From positions 750,167 to 774,166 of the forward strand of contig NZ_CAXTHT010000001.1 of the NCBI RefSeq assembly GCF_964244285.1: a DNA stretch of 24,000 nt, written 5' to 3'. Of this stretch, positions 8,291 through 15,647 are shown piece after piece. A program made the translations under genes and the position numbers. Origin of the DNA: an uncultured Friedmanniella sp. GTDB taxonomy: Bacteria > Actinomycetota > Actinomycetes > Propionibacteriales > Propionibacteriaceae. The notes under the pieces were generated by a model. The model searched no databases and was not told the origin of the DNA. It saw only the letters and a program-made list of their open reading frames with translations. How positions within the stretch are numbered: the stretch's first letter is position 1; each line of letters opens with the position of its first letter.

Positions 8291-9382
8291 TCAGCGCAGC
8301 CCCAGCTTCGAGGTGCAGGCCGGCCAGGCGCCCCAGCCCTGCGCAGCCTGGACCTTCTGGGCCACGGCGATCTGCGCGCTCTTGCTGGCGTTGGCCGGGT
8401 TGCCGCTGCCGCCGTAGGCGTGCCAGGTGCTCATGGTGAACTGCAGCCCGCCGTAGAAGCCGTTGCCGGTGCTGATGCTCCAGTTGCCCCCGGACTCGCA
8501 CGCCGCGATCCTGTCCCAGACGCCCCCGGACGCGCCGCCGGAAGTGGTGGCCTTCGGTGCCTTCGTGCCGACCAGAACCACCTCGGTCCGCGGCTGACGC
8601 GTGAGCGTGGTGGCCGTCTTCTTGCGGCTGGTGACCTGACCGTCCTCGCGCACCACGCGGTAGGTGAGGGTGCGGCTGCCGCTGCGGCCTTCGGTGTCCA
8701 CCCTGGTCTTGCCGCGCTCGAGCGAGCCGCTGTTCTTGCGGACCGTGGTGAAGGAGACCCGCTCCTTCTTCTTGTCCGTGCTCACGCCCACCCGGGTGTA
8801 GGTGATGGCGGCACCGGCGACAAGCTTGGTGGAGGTCTTCGGCGTCACCTTGTCGTTGCCGTCCACCGTGATCCTGGCCGCGGCCAGGGCCTGTCCGACG
8901 GTCGCCCCGGTCGTCTTGACGGTGCGCTTCTTGCCGGCGGCCTTGACGGTGACGGCCTTGAGGGTGGCGACGTCGACGCTCAGACCCTGCCGGCCGATGG
9001 CGGTGCTGCGGCTGGTGGAGAGGTCCGCGCCGCTCGTGTTGACCCCGAGGGCGCCGAGGGCGGCGTCGAGGCTGGTGGCGGTGGTCCAGACGGTCCGCCG
9101 CTTCCCGTCGACGGTGAAGGTCACGGGACGGGCGAACTGGACGGCGATGCGGGTGCCGTCGCTGACCTTGCTGGAGGCGGCGGGGGCCACCACGTCGCGG
9201 TCACTGACGGTGAGGCCCTGGTCGGCGAGCAGCTCGCCGACCGTGCCGGCCCGGGTCTGCAGGGTCCGCGCCTGGCCGTCGACCGAGACGGTCACGTCCT
9301 TGTCCAGGGAGGCGTAGGCGACGGACGTGCCGACGACCGCCAGGGCGGCTCCGGCCGCGACAACGGGAATGATCTTGCGCAT
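8291..9382 (-). CDS. rpfB: Resuscitation-promoting factor RpfB-type (signal/TM, 3x DUF348, G5, Rpf lytic transglycosylase domain)
   Basis: The C-terminal Rpf domain is [38 protein letters not shown]. Three repeats of the type [21 protein letters not shown] precede a G5-like segment. I place the start at ATG 9382 ([18 protein letters not shown], with GGAG 6 nt upstream), which gives 363 aa. I do not use the track's upstream start at 9556. Confidence 0.9.
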   Translation of the reverse strand: MRKIIPVVAAGAALAVVGTSVAYASLDKDVTVSVDGQARTLQTRAGTVGELLADQGLTVSDRDVVAPAASSKVSDGTRIAVQFARPVTFTVDGKRRTVWTTATSLDAALGALGVNTSGADLSTSRSTAIGRQGLSVDVATLKAVTVKAAGKKRTVKTTGATVGQALAAARITVDGNDKVTPKTSTKLVAGAAITYTRVGVSTDKKKERVSFTTVRKNSGSLERGKTRVDTEGRSGSRTLTYRVVREDGQVTSRKKTATTLTRQPRTEVVLVGTKAPKATTSGGASGGVWDRIAACESGGNWSISTGNGFYGGLQFTMSTWHAYGGSGNPANASKSAQIAVAQKVQAAQGWGAWPACTSKLGLR

Positions 9383-9539
9383 GTGGCTCCAATGCGGCCC
9401 AGCGGTGTCCGGGCCCCCTCGAGACGTCCGGACGGCGGCTGAGCCGACCGGAATGGTCACGGAAGCATAACGGCGGCGCGACACGACGGGAAATCGTCGC
9501 TCGATCGCCCCTCGGTCTGCTAGCGGTCTGCCAGGACCT
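9383..9539 (-). promoter_or_regulatory. 5' leader/promoter region of the rpfB-rsmA-ispE cluster (possible structured RNA)
   Basis: This 157-nt non-coding gap lies upstream of rpfB. In the minus-strand sense it contains small hairpins (cgacg-atttcc-cgtcg; ggccc-ggacaccgct-gggcc just before the SD) and the 10-bp palindrome cgtccggacg. No specific riboswitch class was recognised. Confidence 0.3.
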
Positions 9540-10154
9540 CTAGGACCAGCGGCCACGGTGGACGAGCTCGGCCGCAGGACGCCGGGAGCGCCGTCGGGCC
9601 GATCCGCCCGGCCGCTCGTCCTCGGCGGGATGGCCGAGGCTGACCACCCCGACGCTCAGCTGGTCGGCGGGCACACCGAAGGCGGTCCGCACGGCCGCCG
9701 CGCTGGTCGTCGGGACGCCGAAGAAGCAGGCGCCCAGGCCCAGCTCGGTGGCGGTCAGCAGGACGGCCATCGCCGCCATGCCCGCGTCGACGTACCAGTA
9801 CGGCGCCGACCAGCGGTCCGGGTCCCGGTCGGCCCAGCCCTTGTCGGGCTGGGCGTAGCGGTCGAGGTAGGCCTCTCGGCTGGTCCACAGGGTGACCAGG
9901 GCGGGGGCCGTCCGCATCCCCGCCAGCCAGCGGCTCGGTCCGGTCACGGCGTCCTGGTCCGGGGCAGCGGCGGCCCAGAAGGTCTCGCGGTCGAGGCCGG
10001 TGAGCACCAGCAGCGACACCGCCTGGGTGAAGCCGGCCGAAGGCGCCCGGAGCGCCGCCGCGGTGACCCGACGCAGCTGCTCCTCGGCCACCGGCCGGTC
10101 GGGGTCGTACCGCCGGGTCATCCGACGGCGACGCAACGCCTCCGCCAGCTCCAT
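9540..10154 (-). CDS. Nitroreductase-family (FMN-dependent) protein
   Basis: The typical N-terminus [45 protein letters not shown] is present, together with a C-terminal GLGACFFG segment. Its ATG directly abuts the tatD stop. Confidence 0.8.
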   Translation of the reverse strand: MELAEALRRRRMTRRYDPDRPVAEEQLRRVTAAALRAPSAGFTQAVSLLVLTGLDRETFWAAAAPDQDAVTGPSRWLAGMRTAPALVTLWTSREAYLDRYAQPDKGWADRDPDRWSAPYWYVDAGMAAMAVLLTATELGLGACFFGVPTTSAAAVRTAFGVPADQLSVGVVSLGHPAEDERPGGSARRRSRRPAAELVHRGRWS

Positions 10155-10979
10155 CTACCAGCTCCCGCCGAAGGCGACCTCGGCGTTGGCGTCGAGGGCC
10201 CGGCAGAGGACGGCCAGCTCCACGTCGAGGGTCGCGGCGAGGAAGCGGGCCGTGTGCGGGATCAGGTAGGACGCGTTCGGCCGGCCCCGGAGCGGCGACG
10301 GGGTCAGGTAGGGCGCATCGGTCTCGGTGAGCAGGCGGTCGAGCGGGGTCACGGCCAGGGCCTCGCGCAGGTGCGGGCTGTTCTTGAAGGTCACCGTGCC
10401 GGCGAAGGAGAGGTGGGCGCCGCGGTCGAGGCAGGCGCGCGCGAAGTCGGCGTCGCCGGAGAAGCAGTGCATGACGATCCGCGACGGCGCACCCTCGGCG
10501 TCGAGGACGTCCAGGACGTCGGCGTGCGCGTCCCGGTCGTGGATGACCAGCGTCTTGTCATGGGCCTTCGCCAGCTGGATGTGGGCGGCGAACGCCTCCC
10601 GCTGCCGCGCCTGGCCCTCGGCCTCCGGCGTCCGGTAGTAGTCGAGCCCGGTCTCCCCCACCGCGCGGACGCGGGGTTGGCCGGCCAGCGCCTCGATCGC
10701 CGCCAGTGCGTCAGCCAGGCCCTCACCCGGCCGGGCCGCGTCGTTCGGGTGTAGCGCAACCCCCGCGACCACGGACGGCCAGCGCTCGGCCGCCCCGACC
10801 GCCCACCGCGAGCTGGCCACGTCGCAGCCGATCTGCACGATCCGGGTCACCCCGACCTCGGCAGCCCGTCGGATCGCCTCCTCCGGCTCGAGCCCGGAGA
10901 ACCCTTCGGTGTAGTCCAGATGGCAGTGCGAGTCGACGACCGGGCCGGGCAGCGGCTCGGGTGAGGGGGGCAGGTCCAC
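10155..10979 (-). CDS. tatD: TatD-family metal-dependent hydrolase/DNase
   Basis: Supporting motifs are VVDSHCHLDY, RAVGETGLDYY, LVIHDRDAHADVL, VMHCFSG and LTETDAPYLTP. The start is GTG. Confidence 0.88.
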   Translation of the reverse strand: MDLPPSPEPLPGPVVDSHCHLDYTEGFSGLEPEEAIRRAAEVGVTRIVQIGCDVASSRWAVGAAERWPSVVAGVALHPNDAARPGEGLADALAAIEALAGQPRVRAVGETGLDYYRTPEAEGQARQREAFAAHIQLAKAHDKTLVIHDRDAHADVLDVLDAEGAPSRIVMHCFSGDADFARACLDRGAHLSFAGTVTFKNSPHLREALAVTPLDRLLTETDAPYLTPSPLRGRPNASYLIPHTARFLAATLDVELAVLCRALDANAEVAFGGSW

Positions 10980-10994
10980 GTCACTTACCTTGGC

Positions 10995-11082
10995 AGATCC
11001 CTGAAAAACGACCCCTAGACGCCTGAAATCGGTCGGTTGGAGCCCGAAGAGGCCTTCTGGGGTGCGTTTTTCAGGGCGATCT
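10995..11082. repeat. 88-bp imperfect palindromic element spanning the rsmI stop codon
   Basis: The left arm agatccctgaaaaacgacccc (10995-11015) pairs with the right arm ggggtgcgtttttcagggcgatct (11059-11082). The core is a perfect 12-bp pairing (ccctgaaaaacg / cgtttttcaggg), and 21 nt match overall with two small indels. The A5/T5 tracts are unusual for this DNA. Confidence 0.75.
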
Positions 11083-11920
11083 CGTACAGAGCGTTCTTCG
11101 CCAGGCCTGTTTCGGCCGCCACCTCGGCCACCGCCGGCTTGAGCCGGGTGCCGGCCCGTACCCGCTCGAGGACCCGAGCGGCCGCCACGTCCAGATCGAC
11201 CACGGCAGGTGGGGCGCCGGCCACGACCAGCGTGACCTCGCCCCGCACCTCTCCCTGGGCCCAGGCCACCAGCTCCGAGAGCGGTCCGCGGACGACCTCC
11301 TCGTAGGTCTTGGTCAGCTCGCGGCAGACCGCACCCCGGCGTTCGGCACCGAAGGCCTCGGCCAGCGCCCCCAGGGCCTCGGCCGTCCGGTGCGGCGCCT
11401 CGAAGAAGACCAGCGTCCGCGGCTCAGCGCTGAGCTCCCCCAGCCGACGGGCTCGCTCCCCCGCCTTGCGCGGCAGGAAGCCCTCGAAACAGAAGCGGTC
11501 CACCGGCAGCCCGGAGACGGCCAGGGCGGTGAGGACGGCCGACGGTCCTGGCACGGCGGTCACGACGAAGCCCGCCGCCACCGCCGCGGCGACCAGTCGG
11601 TAGCCCGGGTCGGAGACCGACGGCATTCCCGCGTCGGTGACCAGCACCACCCGCGCCCCGTCGGCGAGCGCGGCCAGCAGCTCCGGTGTCCGGGCCGCCT
11701 CGTTGCCCTCGAAGTAGGAGACGACGCGCGCCGAGGTCGTGACCTCCAGCCGGTCGAGCAGCCGCCGGAAGCGCCGGGTGTCCTCGGCCGCGATCAGGTC
11801 CGCGCCGGCCAGCTCGGCGCGCAGCCGGGGGGACGCGTCCGCGGCGTCGCCGATGGGGGTGCCGGCCAGAACGACCGTCCCGACCGTTCCCCGACCCTGT
11901 CGGTCGTCTTCGGGGCTCAT
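11015..11920 (-). CDS. rsmI: 16S rRNA (cytidine1402-2'-O)-methyltransferase
   Basis: Supporting motifs are [59 protein letters not shown] and [11 protein letters not shown]. It is divergent from pmt, as in mycobacteria (Rv1003/Rv1002c). Confidence 0.9.
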   Translation of the reverse strand: MSPEDDRQGRGTVGTVVLAGTPIGDAADASPRLRAELAGADLIAAEDTRRFRRLLDRLEVTTSARVVSYFEGNEAARTPELLAALADGARVVLVTDAGMPSVSDPGYRLVAAAVAAGFVVTAVPGPSAVLTALAVSGLPVDRFCFEGFLPRKAGERARRLGELSAEPRTLVFFEAPHRTAEALGALAEAFGAERRGAVCRELTKTYEEVVRGPLSELVAWAQGEVRGEVTLVVAGAPPAVVDLDVAAARVLERVRAGTRLKPAVAEVAAETGLAKNALYEIALKNAPQKASSGSNRPISGV

Positions 11921-11946
11921 CGGTCCAGCCTCCCAGACTGCCCACC

Positions 11947-11952
11947 TAGGAT
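11947..11952 (+). promoter_or_regulatory. Candidate -10 hexamer (TAGGAT) for a leaderless pmt transcript
   Basis: TAGGAT fits the actinobacterial TANNNT pattern and ends exactly 6 nt before the pmt GTG (11959). No Shine-Dalgarno sequence lies between them. Confidence 0.3.
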
Positions 11953-11958
11953 GACCCG

Positions 11959-13623
11959 GTGACCGAGCAGGTGAGCGAGCTCGCGGCGCCCGTGCTCGAG
12001 ATCCCTCGGCGCTCCGGCGCGACCGCCCTGGTGCCCGAGGCGACCGCCCGGCGGCTCCCCAGCACCGTCGAACGGCTGCGGCTGCCGATGCCGACCGACC
12101 GGGTGACGGCGTGGCTGGTCACCCTGCTGATCGGCGCCCTGGCCTTCGTCATCCGGGTGGTCAGGCTGGGCTACCCCAACAAGCTGGTCTTCGACGAGAC
12201 CTACTACGCCAAGGACGCCTACTCGCTGCTGAAGCACGGCTACGAGCGCAGCTGGCCCGGTAACGCCGACGCCTCCATCACGGCCGGCAAGACCGACGTG
12301 ATGCTCGACACGCCGTCGTTCATCGTCCACCCGCCGGTGGGCAAGTGGCTGATCGCCGGGGGCGAACAGCTGTTCGGGATGAACTCCTTCGGCTGGCGCT
12401 TCTCCTCCCTCGTCTTCGGGGTCCTGTTCGTGATGGTCACCATCCGGATGGTGCGGCGTGTCTCGCGCTCGACGCTGATCGGCGCCACGGCCGGACTGCT
12501 GCTCACCTTCGACGGCCTGTCCTTCATGATGAGCCGGATCGCGTTGCTGGACGTCTTCCTGGCCTTCTTCCTGGTCGCCGCGGTGGCCTGCCTGGCGGTC
12601 GACCGCGACTGGATGCGCAGCCGGCTGGCCGACCACCTCGAGTCCCACGGCTGGTCCGACCTCGGCGGCCGGTACGGGCCGGCGCTGCTGGTCCGGCCGT
12701 GGCGGATCGCCGCCGGGCTCTGCTTCGGGCTCGCGCTCGGGACCAAGTGGAGCGCGCTCTACCTGCTCGCCGCCTTCGCCCTGCTCTCCCTCGCCTGGGA
12801 CATCGGCGCGCGACGGCTGGCAGGGGCGGGCTGGCGGGCGAACGGCGCGCTGTTCCGCGACGGGTGGCCGGCCTTCGTCTCGCTGGTCGTGCTCAGCGGG
12901 CTCGTCTACGTGGCCACCTGGGCCGGCTGGCTGGCCACCAGCGGCGGCTACGACCGGCAGTGGGGGGCCGAGCACCCCGGAGCCACCACCGTGAAGGTGC
13001 TGGGAAAGCCGCTGGCCTCGCTGCTGCACTACCAGCGCGACATCTACGGCTTCCACACCGGCAGCTTCATCATGACCCAGACCCACCCGTACAAGGCCGA
13101 CCCCGGTGGCTGGCTGATCCTGGCCCGTCCGATCGGCATCGACGCGGTGAACAACATCGCGCCCGGGACCGACGGGTGCGTCGGGCCGGACAACTGCATC
13201 CGCGTGATCAGCGGCATCGGCACCCCGGCGCTGTGGTGGGTGGCGGTCTTCGCCCTGGTCGCGGCGGCCCTGCTGTGGATCGGCGGCCGGGACTGGCGCT
13301 TCGGCATCCCCGTCGTGGGTGTGCTGAGCGCCTGGCTGCCCTGGTTCCACTACGACGCCCGGCCGCTGTTCTTCTTCTACGCGATCACCCTCATCCCGTT
13401 CTCGGTGATGGCGGTCAGCCTCTGCCTGGGCCGCATCCTCGGGCCTCCACCGAGGGCCGGCGACCCGCACGCGGGCGACCGCAGGATGGTCGGCGCCATC
13501 ATCGGCGGCGCCTTCGTCGCCCTGGTCGCCGCCAACTTCGCCTACCTCTACCCGATCCTCACCGACCAGCTGCTGCCCCACCCGGCGTGGCTGTCCCGGA
13601 TGTGGTTCCGCAGCTGGATCTGA
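11959..13623 (+). CDS. pmt: Dolichyl/polyprenyl-phosphate-mannose protein O-mannosyltransferase
   Basis: The PMT-family N-terminal loop [27 protein letters not shown] is present in a large polytopic membrane protein of 554 aa. The start is GTG. Confidence 0.9.
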   Translation: MTEQVSELAAPVLEIPRRSGATALVPEATARRLPSTVERLRLPMPTDRVTAWLVTLLIGALAFVIRVVRLGYPNKLVFDETYYAKDAYSLLKHGYERSWPGNADASITAGKTDVMLDTPSFIVHPPVGKWLIAGGEQLFGMNSFGWRFSSLVFGVLFVMVTIRMVRRVSRSTLIGATAGLLLTFDGLSFMMSRIALLDVFLAFFLVAAVACLAVDRDWMRSRLADHLESHGWSDLGGRYGPALLVRPWRIAAGLCFGLALGTKWSALYLLAAFALLSLAWDIGARRLAGAGWRANGALFRDGWPAFVSLVVLSGLVYVATWAGWLATSGGYDRQWGAEHPGATTVKVLGKPLASLLHYQRDIYGFHTGSFIMTQTHPYKADPGGWLILARPIGIDAVNNIAPGTDGCVGPDNCIRVISGIGTPALWWVAVFALVAAALLWIGGRDWRFGIPVVGVLSAWLPWFHYDARPLFFFYAITLIPFSVMAVSLCLGRILGPPPRAGDPHAGDRRMVGAIIGGAFVALVAANFAYLYPILTDQLLPHPAWLSRMWFRSWI

Positions 13624-13712
13624 GGGGCTTCTGCCGGCCGTAACAGCCGACGTCATTGAAGCCGTTACAGTGCAAAGCACGGGGTCTGGGTCGAGCAGCC
13701 GGGAGGACGCGA

Positions 13713-14696
13713 GTGGGCGCGTACATCGCACGACGGGTGGCGAACTACATCGTCCTGCTCTTCATCGCGGTCTCGCTCAGCTACTTCCTGGCCGCCACCC
13801 AGCTCCATCCGCGAATGCTCTACCAGCTCATCAACCCGCCCCTGGACCCCGGCGCGATCGAGGCCAACCTGCTGGGGCGCAACCTCAGTGACCGGGTGCC
13901 GCTGCTGGAGCGCTACGGGATCTGGCTGAAGAGCATCGTCCTGCACTGGGACTGGGGCCAGGCCCCCAAGGGCGGGGAGGTCGTCGACGAGGTGGGCCGC
14001 CGGATCGGGGTCAGCATCCGCCTGATCACGCTGGGCTCGCTGCTCGGCACGGTGATCGGGGTGCTCCTCGGCGCGTGGACCGCGACCCGCCAGTACAAGC
14101 CTTCGGACCGGACGACGACCGCAGGTTCACTGTTCATCCTGTCCATTCCGGCCTTCGTCCTCGCCAGCGCCCTCCAGGTCTTCGCCACGAAGATCAACAA
14201 CGCGACCGGGCTGCGGCTGTTCGAGTTCGTCGGTGAGACCGGCGACCACGGCAGCTATTTCGGCGCGGCGCTCGCCGACCGCGCCCAGCACCTGCTGCTG
14301 CCCACGATCGCCCTGACGTTGATCAACCTGGCCTTCTTCAGCCGGATCCAGCGCAACCTGATGCTGGACGCCCTCGGCTCGGACTTCGTCCGGACGGCCC
14401 GGGCCAAGGGGCTCCGACGCTCGCGGGCGGTGATGAAGCACGCGCTGCGGACCTCGCTGATCCCGACCGGCACCTACTTCGCGTTCTCGATCGCCACCCT
14501 GTTCACCGGCGCCACCTTCATGGAGATCATGTTCTCCTTCCACGGCATGGGCGAGTACGGCGTCTCCACCATCACCGGCCAGGACGTGAACGGCACGGTG
14601 GCCGTGGTCGCCTTCAGCGGCGCCTGCGTGCTGGTCGGCGCCGTCCTCTCCGACATCGCCGTGGCCATCCTCGACCCGCGCGTGCGGCTGAGCTAG
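13713..14696 (+). CDS. ABC transporter permease, peptide/nickel (Opp/Dpp B-type)
   Basis: The N-terminus YIARRVANYIVLLFIAVSLSYFL is typical of OppB/DppB. The EAA-like loop is SDFVRTARAKGLRRSRAVMKHALR. I prefer GTG 13713, which has GGGAGGA 6 nt upstream, over the track start at 13656. Confidence 0.85.
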   Translation: MGAYIARRVANYIVLLFIAVSLSYFLAATQLHPRMLYQLINPPLDPGAIEANLLGRNLSDRVPLLERYGIWLKSIVLHWDWGQAPKGGEVVDEVGRRIGVSIRLITLGSLLGTVIGVLLGAWTATRQYKPSDRTTTAGSLFILSIPAFVLASALQVFATKINNATGLRLFEFVGETGDHGSYFGAALADRAQHLLLPTIALTLINLAFFSRIQRNLMLDALGSDFVRTARAKGLRRSRAVMKHALRTSLIPTGTYFAFSIATLFTGATFMEIMFSFHGMGEYGVSTITGQDVNGTVAVVAFSGACVLVGAVLSDIAVAILDPRVRLS

Positions 14697-14705
14697 GAGA
14701 GTCCG

Positions 14706-15647
14706 ATGGGTCAGAACCTGCTCGAAGTTGCCGACGAGAGCCCGCTGGGGACCCCCGTCGAGGAGCCCACGCCGACGAGGCGGCTCACCCGGAGCCAGCT
14801 GATCCTGCGCCGCTTCCTCCGCAACAGGAGCGCCGTGGTCGGGCTGGCGCTGATCGTGGTGTTCGTGGTCCTCGCGCTGGCCGGGCCGTACCTCTCGCAC
14901 TGGAAGTACGACCAGGTGGACCGCTTCGCCTTCCTCAAGCCGCCGAGCGACCGGCACCCGCTCGGCAGCACCCAGAGCGGCCGCGACGTGCTGGCGCTCA
15001 CCCTGCGCGGCCTCCGCAAGTCGTTGCTGATCGGCTTCTTCGTCGCCATCCTGTCGACCGGCACCGCCGCCATCGTCGGCTCCTTCGCCGCCTACTTCGG
15101 TGGCTGGTTCGAGCGGGTCGCGCTGTGGGTCATCGACCTGCTGCTGGTCGTGCCCTCGTTCCTGTTGATCGCCGTGCTGACCACCGGGGCGTCCAAGGGC
15201 CCGAACTCCTGGTTGCTGCTGGTGGTCCTGCTGGCCGCGTTCGGCTGGATGCTGTCGGCCCGGGTGGTGCGCAGCCTGACCCTGTCGATCAAGGAGCGGG
15301 AGTACGTGCAGGCCGCGCGGTTCATGGGTCTGGGGGCGCCGAAGACGATCGTCCGGCACGTCCTGCCGAACATCTCCTCGCTGTTGATCATCGACGCCAC
15401 GCTCAACGTCAGCTCCGCCATCCTGGCCGAGACCGGGCTCTCCTTCTTCGGCTTCGGCGTGCAGCCCCCGGACACCTCGCTCGGCACGCTGCTGGGCGAG
15501 GGAGCCCGACAGGTCAACAGCTTCCCGTGGCTGTTCACCAGCCCGGCCGTCGCCGTCGTCGCCCTCGTCCTCTGCGTCAATGCGGTCGGTGACGGTCTGC
15601 GTGACGCGCTCGACCCGAACTCCGCCTCCGGAGGATCCGCGCGATGA
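14706..15647 (+). CDS. ABC transporter permease, peptide/nickel (Opp/Dpp C-type)
   Basis: Supporting segments are HPLGSTQSGRDVLA and EREYVQAARFMGLGAPKTIVRHVLPN. GGAGAG lies upstream of the ATG. The stop overlaps the next start (ATGA). Confidence 0.85.
   Translation: MGQNLLEVADESPLGTPVEEPTPTRRLTRSQLILRRFLRNRSAVVGLALIVVFVVLALAGPYLSHWKYDQVDRFAFLKPPSDRHPLGSTQSGRDVLALTLRGLRKSLLIGFFVAILSTGTAAIVGSFAAYFGGWFERVALWVIDLLLVVPSFLLIAVLTTGASKGPNSWLLLVVLLAAFGWMLSARVVRSLTLSIKEREYVQAARFMGLGAPKTIVRHVLPNISSLLIIDATLNVSSAILAETGLSFFGFGVQPPDTSLGTLLGEGARQVNSFPWLFTSPAVAVVALVLCVNAVGDGLRDALDPNSASGGSAR

Noticed and set aside
6747-8417. 556-aa plus-strand ORF antisense to ispE and rsmA
   Set aside because: It is a shadow ORF spanning two well-supported minus-strand genes and their intergenic gap. 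Its composition is dominated by R/G/P/Q/H and it has no domain signature.
9383-9539. c-di-AMP (ydaO-type) riboswitch upstream of the rpf gene, as known for some rpfA genes
   Set aside because: I could not find the conserved ydaO core elements by eye in the minus-strand leader. The region is kept only as an unclassified candidate leader.
9383-9556. N-terminal extension of the rpfB ORF (track start at 9556)
   Set aside because: The extension ([16 protein letters not shown]...) is non-hydrophobic and Arg/Pro-rich. The internal ATG 9382 is preceded by GGAG and begins a proper signal/TM segment, giving the RpfB-typical length of 363 aa.
11917-13731. 604-aa minus-strand ORF antisense to pmt
   Set aside because: It is a shadow ORF. 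The plus strand encodes a full PMT-family membrane protein with its diagnostic loop motif.
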